Below, one piece after another: positions 26,056 through 32,000 of a DNA stretch of 32,000 bases. The number at the start of each line of letters is the position of its first letter. Position 1 is the stretch's first letter. The stretch comes from an uncultured Erysipelotrichaceae bacterium (GTDB lineage: Bacteria; Bacillota_I; Bacilli_A; Erysipelotrichales; Erysipelotrichaceae): assembly GCA_964401865.1 (NCBI GenBank), contig CAYNZZ010000007.1:30001-62000 (forward strand). Direction: 5' to 3'. A model generated the notes under the pieces. That model searched no databases and was not told where the DNA came from. It saw only the letters and a program-made list of their open reading frames with translations. Position numbers and translations under genes: made by a program.

Positions 26056-26877
26056 TTAAATCTTATATTTGTTTCTTTTTTCAATGAATAAATCAACAGC
26101 CTTGTTGTATTCATCGTGAATGGTGTCAATCAATTCACGGTTGGCTAAATTAATTGATTTACGTAAATCATGACGCAAGCGTCTTAATTTCTTCTTGGCT
26201 TCCTTGATTTCCTTGACTAATTTCTTAGGACGAACCTTTAGGTTAGGATATGCATTTCTAAGACGTCTGTGTAGAAAGTTATGATTTTTAAGTAGATTTA
26301 AAACCTCTTTTGAAATTTCTTCGGTATTGTCTAATTCTGATTTATTGATGTATATCTTTACATGGTTTAACACAACATAAGATAATGCACAATCAAACAT
26401 CATTAAAGTAACAATGACAAGTGAAACGATTTCTAGAGTAAAATCATTAAAACGGACGATGAAATCAAAATAAATAGGATCAATTACTTTTACAATAAAC
26501 ATTGAAGCCAGACCAAACAATATTATATTACCAAGCCAAACTCTGCCATGAATATTGTAAGGTTTAGTAGAATAATCCCACCATCTGGCATTAAAACATT
26601 TTTCTAAAATAAAACTGGTAAAGTATTCAAGCGCTCCACATACTATCGCTCCCATCAAGAATGTACCACTCCAAGTCATAGCGATAACAGGGAAGAAATG
26701 GTTGATGATGGCGGTTATTGCGACAGTGCCAAAACCATAGATGGGACAATAAGGACCGATCAAAAATCCACGGTTAATAAAGCGGTGAAATTGAATGTAT
26801 TTCAAAGTGGTTTCCATTAACCAACCCAAAATGGAAAAAATAAAAAATAAAATAATGTATTCTTCAAAAGTTCTCAT
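26056..26877 (-). CDS. Polytopic membrane protein of the 'putative ABC-transporter type IV' (CmpB-like) family with a basic C-terminal tail
   Basis: GPYCPIYGFG and RWWDYS motifs. The C-terminal 90 aa or so are K/R-rich and helical. Confidence 0.6.
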   Translation of the reverse strand: MRTFEEYIILFFIFSILGWLMETTLKYIQFHRFINRGFLIGPYCPIYGFGTVAITAIINHFFPVIAMTWSGTFLMGAIVCGALEYFTSFILEKCFNARWWDYSTKPYNIHGRVWLGNIILFGLASMFIVKVIDPIYFDFIVRFNDFTLEIVSLVIVTLMMFDCALSYVVLNHVKIYINKSELDNTEEISKEVLNLLKNHNFLHRRLRNAYPNLKVRPKKLVKEIKEAKKKLRRLRHDLRKSINLANRELIDTIHDEYNKAVDLFIEKRNKYKI

Positions 26878-26883
26878 GCAACA

Positions 26884-26891
26884 ATTATAAT
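26884..26891. promoter_or_regulatory. Palindromic ATTATAAT giving a -10 hexamer on both strands of a divergent region
   Basis: Minus-strand TATAAT is the complement of 26884-26889, and plus-strand TATAAT is at 26886-26891. The minus-strand hexamer ends 6 nt before the ATG at 26877. Confidence 0.45.
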
Positions 26892-26940
26892 ATAAATATA
26901 GAAAATAGTATAAAATATACGTAAAGAAAAGAGATTGAAT

Positions 26941-27771
26941 ATGGAAAAATATACATTGAGTAATGGGGTAGAAATACCAGCTATTGGATTTGGAACTTTT
27001 AAAAATAAAGGTCAGTCTGCATATGATTCAGTTTTAGAGGCTCTACGCGTTGGTTATCGTCATATTGATACGGCTTCAATTTACGGTAATGAAAAAGAAG
27101 TTGGTCAAGCGATTAAAGATAGTGGCGTTGATCGCAAAGATATTTTTGTGACATCAAAGGTATGGCGTGATAGTAGAGGATATGAAAAGACTATTGCATC
27201 GTTTAATAAGACACTTGAAGATTTAGGTTTAGATTACTTAGACTGTTTTTTAATTCATTGGCCTTGCCCAATCAACAAAGAGAATTATAATGAAGTGAAT
27301 ATTGATACATGGAGAGCATTGATTGATTTATATAAAGCCAAAAAAGTTAAGGTAATTGGTGTTTCAAACTTCTTACCTCATCATATTAAACCTTTACTAG
27401 AATCAGAGATTAAACCGATGATGAACCAAATTGAGGTTCATCCAGGATATATGCAAGAAGAAATTGTTGATTTATGTCGTAGAGAAAATATTTTAGTTGA
27501 GGCATGGGAACCATTAGGCAAAGCTAGCATTTTAAGTGATGAAAGAATAATTAAGTTAGCAGAAAAGTATCAAAAAACTCCTGCTCAAATATGTATTCGC
27601 TGGTCTTTGGATAATGGATTCTTACCGCTTCCAAAATCTCAAACTCCTTCGAGAATCAAAGAAAATCTGATGGTTGAAGACTTTAAATTGAGCAAAGAAG
27701 ATGTTGAATATGTCAATACTTTTGAATTCTGCGGCGGTTCAAAAATCAATCCTGATGAGGTTGAACCTTGA
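26941..27771 (+). CDS. Aldo/keto reductase (YvgN/DkgA-like)
   Basis: Motifs GFGTF, YRHIDTASIYGNE, LIHWP and IPKS-type LPKSQTPSRIKEN. ATG 26941 is preferred over TTG 26935. Confidence 0.85.
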   Translation: MEKYTLSNGVEIPAIGFGTFKNKGQSAYDSVLEALRVGYRHIDTASIYGNEKEVGQAIKDSGVDRKDIFVTSKVWRDSRGYEKTIASFNKTLEDLGLDYLDCFLIHWPCPINKENYNEVNIDTWRALIDLYKAKKVKVIGVSNFLPHHIKPLLESEIKPMMNQIEVHPGYMQEEIVDLCRRENILVEAWEPLGKASILSDERIIKLAEKYQKTPAQICIRWSLDNGFLPLPKSQTPSRIKENLMVEDFKLSKEDVEYVNTFEFCGGSKINPDEVEP

Positions 27772-28397
27772 TTAAATACGATGCAATAATTGTGGCATCA
27801 GGTAAAGGTGAGAGATTAAATTTAGGTTACAATAAAGTCTTTTATCGTTTTGATGATGGAATGACAATTTTGGATAAGGCGATGTCTTTGTTTATTGAAG
27901 ATGAGGATTGTCAAAGAATTATCGTTGTTACCAATGAAGAAGACTTTAAAAATGTGCGGTTAAGTCCAAAAGTTAAATTGACTAAAGGTGGGAAACTTAG
28001 AAAAGATAGTGTTTACGCCGGTATAGAACTGATTAAAAGCCCATACGTTTTGATACATGACGGTGCGCGTCCTTATTTGAAAAAGGAAGATTTAGATAAT
28101 TTGAAACAAGCACTAAGTGATAATGATGCGTGTATTCTAGCGATGAAGGTCAAAGAAACAGTGAAGTATGAAAAAGATGGCTTTATTGTTGATACTTTAG
28201 ATAGGAATCATATTTTCTTAGCTCAGACACCACAAGGCTTTAAAAGTGATCTAATTAGAGATGCTTATCAAAAGGCTGATGATTTAAATGTTGAGTTCAC
28301 TGACGATTCATCTATTGTCGAACATTTCGGTGTTCCGGTCAAGATTGTCGAAGGTTCAAGAGGGAATGATAAGATAACCTTTAAAGAAGATCTTTAG
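27768..28397 (+). CDS. ispD: IspD/TarI-family sugar-phosphate cytidylyltransferase
   Basis: Motifs AIIVASGKGERL, IHDGARP, AQTPQGF, TDDSS and VEGSRGNDKIT. The TTG start overlaps the upstream TGA. GAGG Shine-Dalgarno 7 nt upstream. Confidence 0.75.
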   Translation: MIKYDAIIVASGKGERLNLGYNKVFYRFDDGMTILDKAMSLFIEDEDCQRIIVVTNEEDFKNVRLSPKVKLTKGGKLRKDSVYAGIELIKSPYVLIHDGARPYLKKEDLDNLKQALSDNDACILAMKVKETVKYEKDGFIVDTLDRNHIFLAQTPQGFKSDLIRDAYQKADDLNVEFTDDSSIVEHFGVPVKIVEGSRGNDKITFKEDL

Positions 28398-28402
28398 CTC
28401 AT

Positions 28403-28438
28403 AAAACTTAGAAGTATTAACTATTTCTAAGTTTTTTT
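28403..28438 (+). terminator. Rho-independent terminator
   Basis: AAAACTTAGAA pairs with TTCTAAGTTTT and is followed by a T-run. Confidence 0.75.
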
Positions 28439-28439
28439 A

Positions 28440-28467
28440 TTGCAAATTGGCAAAATGTTACTAGAAT
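28440..28467 (+). promoter_or_regulatory. Candidate promoter for the second MATE gene
   Basis: -35 TTGCAA (28440-28445), a 16-nt spacer, then -10 TAGAAT (28462-28467). Confidence 0.5.
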
Positions 28468-28539
28468 AGAAAAGGTTAAATTATTTATCGAATTAAAATT
28501 AACTTAACTTAAATGAATTAATATTTAGGAGATTTATAA

Positions 28540-29874
28540 ATGAATAAAGATTTAACGACAGGTAAGCCGGAAACGGTTTTGTGGAAATTTTGTCTTCCAC
28601 TATTTGGAAGCATCGTTTTTCAGCAACTTTACAACATAGCCGATAGTTTTGTCGCTGGTAAATTTATCGGTGAAGATGCCTTGGCAGCTGTTGGAAACAG
28701 TTATGAGATAACTTTGATATTTATCGCTTTTGCGTTTGGTTGTAATATCGGTTGTTCGGTGATTGTGTCGAGATTATTCGGTGGCAAGAAATTCAATGAG
28801 CTAAAAACAGCTGTTTATACAACTTTAATAGCTAGTGGCGTGTTATGTGCAATACTGATACTTATAGGAATTAATTGCTCAGATATGTTACTAAGACTGA
28901 TAAATACACCTGAAAATGTAATGGCTGACTCTAAATTGTACTTAGATATCTATTGTTTAGGTCTTCCTTTTGTGTTTTATTATAATGTTTCAACCGGAAT
29001 CTTTTCGGCTTTGGGTGATTCTAAAACGCCATTTATTTTCTTGGCAGTTTCTTCAACGAGCAATGTGCTTGTAGATATTTTATTTGTAAATGTCTTTAAT
29101 ATGGGTGTGTCGGGCGTGGCATGGGCAACTTTTCTTTGCCAAGGTATAAGCTGTATTATGGCGGTATTATTTGTGTTTAAACGTTTTTCAACTATTCAAA
29201 CTGTTGGAAAAGTTCAGATTTTTTCTTGGGAATTATTGAGAAGAATATCGGTTATTGCAATTCCTAGTATTCTTCAACAGAGTTTTATTTCGGTTGGTAA
29301 TATCGTAATTCAAGGTATTATCAACTCTTTCGGTTCAAGTGTAATGGCGGGCTATTCAGCTTCCATCAAACTAAATAATCTCGTAATCACATCTTTAAAT
29401 ACTTTGGGCAACGGTGTATCAAATTATACTGCGCAAAATATTGGTGCCCAAAAACACGAGCGTGTGCATGAAGGATTTAAAGCGGGCATTAAAATGGTTT
29501 GGATTTTATGCGCGCCGTTATTTGCCCTGTATTTTTTCTTTGGCAGAGGACTTGTATCGATTTTCTTGCAGAATCCATCAGGCGTTGCTATGCAGGTTGG
29601 CATAGATATCTTAAGAATTTTATCGCCATTCTATTTTTTGGTTGCAGTTAAAATTGTGGCTGATGGCATCTTGCGTGGGGCAGGTATTATGGGCAAGTTT
29701 ATGGTTACGACATTTACCGATTTGATCTTGCGTGTTGTATTGGCTCTATTCTTATCTAAAACTTCACTTGGTGTTTTGGGAATCTGGTTGGCTTGGCCGA
29801 TTGGCTGGATAGTCGGAATGATTATGTCGGTGATTTTCTATGATGGAAGCGTGAAGAATAGAAGTATTTATTAG
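28540..29874 (+). CDS. MATE family efflux transporter
   Basis: 444 aa with about 12 TM segments. N-terminal signature PLFGSIVFQQLYNIADSFVAGKFIGEDALAAVG. AGGAG Shine-Dalgarno upstream. Confidence 0.85.
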   Translation: MNKDLTTGKPETVLWKFCLPLFGSIVFQQLYNIADSFVAGKFIGEDALAAVGNSYEITLIFIAFAFGCNIGCSVIVSRLFGGKKFNELKTAVYTTLIASGVLCAILILIGINCSDMLLRLINTPENVMADSKLYLDIYCLGLPFVFYYNVSTGIFSALGDSKTPFIFLAVSSTSNVLVDILFVNVFNMGVSGVAWATFLCQGISCIMAVLFVFKRFSTIQTVGKVQIFSWELLRRISVIAIPSILQQSFISVGNIVIQGIINSFGSSVMAGYSASIKLNNLVITSLNTLGNGVSNYTAQNIGAQKHERVHEGFKAGIKMVWILCAPLFALYFFFGRGLVSIFLQNPSGVAMQVGIDILRILSPFYFLVAVKIVADGILRGAGIMGKFMVTTFTDLILRVVLALFLSKTSLGVLGIWLAWPIGWIVGMIMSVIFYDGSVKNRSIY

Positions 29875-29905
29875 GGATAAAAAGAATCGATCATCTAAAA
29901 ATTAA

Positions 29906-29942
29906 TGGTTTTGCACTATTAAAGGCGGCAAAACCGTTTTTT
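29906..29942 (+). terminator. Rho-independent terminator
   Basis: GGTTTTGC (29906-29913) pairs with GCAAAACC (29927-29934) and is followed by GTTTTTT. Confidence 0.7.
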
Positions 29943-30080
29943 ATAGGATAATAACGGTTTTGAAAAGAATGTAGACTTTGAATGATTACAAAATGAATTG
30001 AATCGATATGAATTAAATGATACTTAACAGCTTTTATAAAATGTTTAGGATTTCCTATTTCATCTATAAACAATATAACG

Positions 30081-31232
30081 ATGAGAGAATGTCCAATATG
30101 TAAAAATAGAGATCCTGCTTACTTTTATACAGGAAGTAAGGGAGTATATTGTCGAAAATGTATTAGATTCAAAAGAATACTGATTGAAGAAGATTATAAA
30201 GGCGAAGATTATATGATCACTGATGATTCTTATAAATATGAGTATCTTTTTCCTTTAACTCCTTATCAAAAAGAAGCCTCATTAAAATGTAAAGAAGCCA
30301 GTTTTAACAGCGATGTTTTATTAAATTGCGTATGTGGTGCTGGAAAAACAGAAATTGTAGTTGAAACAATAGCTGAATATTTACGATATAAAAAGAAAGT
30401 ATGTTATGCCATAGCGAGAAAAGAAGTGGTTATCGAACTTGAGAAGAGATTTAAAGATCTATTTAATAAAGCTAAGATTGTAGCAGTGTATGGAGGTCAT
30501 AATAAAGAGCTTTATGGCGATATTGTCATATGCACCACTCATCAGTTGTATCGCTATCCCAATACTTTTGATTTACTTATTCTCGATGAAGTTGACGCTT
30601 TTCCGTTTAAAGGCGACGAGGTTTTACATGCGATCGCCAAGACATCATGCATTGGACATATCATTTATTCAACGGCGACAATTGATGAATATTTAAAGAA
30701 ACTATTGCAGGAAAACAGGGTAAAAGAGATTTCTCTTTTTGCAAGACCTCATCAAAAACCATTGATTGTGCCTAGATTGATTTTTGGATTCAGACTTTAT
30801 TTGTTTGCTTACCTTCTATTGATTTTAAAACATAGTACAAGACAGGTAATTGTGTTTGTTTCTTCAAAGAAAATGGCTAAATTATTGTATTTAATGTTTA
30901 GGAAAATTATTTCATCAACTTATGTATATAGCGATCTTGAACAAAGGCGCGAAAACATTAATACTTTTAAAAATAAGAAGGTTAAAGTTATTTTTGCGAC
31001 CACAGTGCTTGAAAGAGGAATCACGATTAAAGGGGTTAGTGTAGTGATTTTAAATCTGCATGAGGGTGTTTTTGACAAAGCTAGTTTGATACAGATGTTG
31101 GGCAGGGTTGGCAGAGACTTCAATGATCCATATGGTGAAGCCTATATTTTGACCAATAAATTATCAAAGGATATAAAAGAATCTATTCAAACGATAAAAA
31201 AAGCTAATGAAAATGCGTTGTCTATACTGTGA
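30081..31232 (+). CDS. comFA: ComFA-like DEAD/DEAH-box helicase (late competence DNA-uptake ATPase)
   Basis: N-terminal four-Cys zinc finger CPICKN...CRKC, Walker A CGAGKT, LILDEVD, and helicase C motifs TTVLERGIT and QMLGRVGR. Synteny with comFC. Confidence 0.8.
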   Translation: MRECPICKNRDPAYFYTGSKGVYCRKCIRFKRILIEEDYKGEDYMITDDSYKYEYLFPLTPYQKEASLKCKEASFNSDVLLNCVCGAGKTEIVVETIAEYLRYKKKVCYAIARKEVVIELEKRFKDLFNKAKIVAVYGGHNKELYGDIVICTTHQLYRYPNTFDLLILDEVDAFPFKGDEVLHAIAKTSCIGHIIYSTATIDEYLKKLLQENRVKEISLFARPHQKPLIVPRLIFGFRLYLFAYLLLILKHSTRQVIVFVSSKKMAKLLYLMFRKIISSTYVYSDLEQRRENINTFKNKKVKVIFATTVLERGITIKGVSVVILNLHEGVFDKASLIQMLGRVGRDFNDPYGEAYILTNKLSKDIKESIQTIKKANENALSIL

Positions 31233-31806
31233 TGAGAAAATAGATAAGATATTTTTATCTTCTTTGTGGCGTGATGATTTATTATGTGTCAAATGTCGAA
31301 AAAAATTAAAACCGAAACTGAGAATAAAGAGATTTAATGGTTTGAAAGTCTATTATTTATACGATTATGATGATTTTTTTAAAAGTGTTTTAATGCAATA
31401 TAAAGAAGTATGTGATGAAGCACTAAAAGAAATATTCATATATCGTTACGATTATCTGTTTAAGTGTCTGTTTAAAAAATATGAAATATTATATGTTCCC
31501 AGTAGTAAAGAAAAGAATATTGAACGAGGATTTTTACCAATGGCGGAAATAATGAAACAATATAAGGCTAAGAAATATGCTGAGGTATATATGAAAGAAG
31601 AATTAGTGCAAGCTCATAAGCCTCTACATGAAAGGCAAAAGATGAAGAATAACTATTATCTTATAAAAGAGGTCAAAGAAAATGATTATATTATGGTGGT
31701 TGACGATGTCTTCACTACCGGTTCATCTATAACAGGTGCTTTTAATGCTTTAGGTAATAAAAGTAAACATATCATAGTATTTGTTTTGGCTATGGTGAAT
31801 AAATAA
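31207..31806 (+). CDS. comFC: ComFC/ComF-family phosphoribosyltransferase-domain protein
   Basis: N-terminal CLYC...CVKC zinc ribbon and a C-terminal PRTase motif IMVVDDVFTTGSS. Overlaps the comFA end by 26 nt. Confidence 0.8.
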   Translation: MKMRCLYCDEKIDKIFLSSLWRDDLLCVKCRKKLKPKLRIKRFNGLKVYYLYDYDDFFKSVLMQYKEVCDEALKEIFIYRYDYLFKCLFKKYEILYVPSSKEKNIERGFLPMAEIMKQYKAKKYAEVYMKEELVQAHKPLHERQKMKNNYYLIKEVKENDYIMVVDDVFTTGSSITGAFNALGNKSKHIIVFVLAMVNK

Positions 31807-31873
31807 AAGTATGGTTTGCATCATAAATAATTGGATATTAAGTGTTTAGACTTCGATTGTATAGTATATTGTA

Positions 31874-31882
31874 TGTTATAAT
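31874..31882 (+). promoter_or_regulatory. Extended -10 promoter (TGTTATAAT) upstream of the secA-like gene
   Basis: TGTTATAAT at 31874-31882. GGAGGA Shine-Dalgarno at 31898-31903. Confidence 0.5.
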
Positions 31883-31908
31883 AAATGATAATTGATTGGA
31901 GGATGGTT

Positions 31909-32000
31909 ATGGGAATTATAGATCGTCTATTTAATACAGATAAAAAAATATTAGCTGAGGTTGAAAAAAGTGTAAGACCAACAGAACAATTTTCTAAACA
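31909..32000 (+). CDS. secA: Probable preprotein translocase SecA, N-terminal 30 codons only (3'-truncated by the window)
   Basis: MGIIDRLFNTDKKILAEVEK resembles the B. subtilis SecA N-terminus (MLGILNKMFDPTKRTLNRYEK). Strong Shine-Dalgarno. The position after comF genes is a conserved Bacillota arrangement. Confidence 0.5.
   Translation, partial: MGIIDRLFNTDKKILAEVEKSVRPTEQFSK

Noticed and set aside
981-26940. Longer upstream starts given in the ORF track: 981, 5441, 7876, 13051, 14030, 14899, 22291, 25377, 26935
   Set aside because: In most cases a downstream ATG has a properly spaced Shine-Dalgarno, removes overlap with the preceding gene, and yields the family-typical N-terminus. Examples are the lipoprotein signal peptide at 14926 and HAD motif I at 14099. 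For 13051 the downstream ATG (13108) rests on non-overlap and the N-terminal motif only, since its Shine-Dalgarno is weak.
29891-30073. 60-aa minus-strand ORF between the MATE gene and comFA
   Set aside because: It runs through the terminator hairpins, has no Shine-Dalgarno, and has a low-complexity composition typical of AT-rich intergenic sequence.
29943-30080. Competence regulatory boxes upstream of comFA (streptococcal cin-box TACGAATA, ComK AAAA-N5-TTTT dimers)
   Set aside because: There is no match to TACGAATA; the closest is ATCGATAT at about 30003-30010. A/T runs are too common in this AT-rich spacer to call ComK boxes.
41-31123. Short antisense or overlapping ORFs in the six-frame track: 41-235, 555-776, 974-1333, 2558-2815, 2912-3283, 3310-3534, 6940-7131, 6975-7175, 7608-7811, 10397-10588, 13898-14083, 18921-19169, 21068-21250, 21469-21678, 22070-22324, 22362-22544, 24382-24606, 25658-25900, 29414-29605, 30490-30696, 30920-31123
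   Set aside because: Each is fully embedded in, or out of frame with, a longer ORF that has strong family motifs. None has a Shine-Dalgarno or a recognisable domain.
30081-31806. Helicase plus phosphoribosyltransferase pair as a novel defence or NTP-depletion system
   Set aside because: The zinc-finger helicase and the zinc-ribbon PRTase match ComFA and ComFC, and the pair sits in the conserved Bacillota position upstream of secA. The ordinary late-competence interpretation is sufficient.
1-32000. Mobile elements, CRISPR arrays, tRNA/rRNA genes, long direct or inverted repeats
   Set aside because: None was seen on reading the intergenic regions, all of which are shorter than about 220 nt. 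The only repeated coding content is the MglA/MglC paralogy, which is diverged at the nucleotide level. A computational repeat and tRNA scan would be needed to exclude short or degenerate elements.

Overview
This is an AT-rich window (about two-thirds A+T by eye, not computed), densely coding and bacterial. It looks like core chromosome of a low-GC Bacillota organism; an Erysipelotrichia-like lineage is only a guess. Two synteny blocks support this: rsmG, a noc-like gene, parA/soj and parB/spo0J (5661-8760), typical of the origin-proximal region, and comFA, comFC and the start of secA (30081-32000). Genes lie in three strand blocks: + for 1-20040, - for 20173-26877, and + for 26941-32000. Content includes two paralogous MglA/MglC-type sugar ABC systems (the first cut by the window edge; the second complete with a lipoprotein binding protein), a two-esterase operon, a CIRCE-controlled hsp20, an M28 peptidase, two MATE exporters, TelA, an M19 dipeptidase and a HAD phosphatase. 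It also includes a PLC-like/UMF1-MFS pair, a DUF362/kinase/ECF-S-component operon, a membrane-protein/sirtuin/GNAT operon and an aldo-keto reductase/IspD-like pair. I saw no rRNA, tRNA, CRISPR array, IS or transposase, integrase, phage genes or recognisable defence-system genes. I could not identify a convincing self-contained novel system. The best leads are: (1) a Noc-type ParB paralog that has lost the CTP-switch motifs; (2) an uncharacterised DUF362, two-domain kinase and ECF S-component operon; (3) an MglC permease with an N-terminal coiled-coil extension of about 210 aa; (4) leaderless-type promoter geometry at two operon starts. All functional calls come from motif recognition by eye. 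No database search was run.
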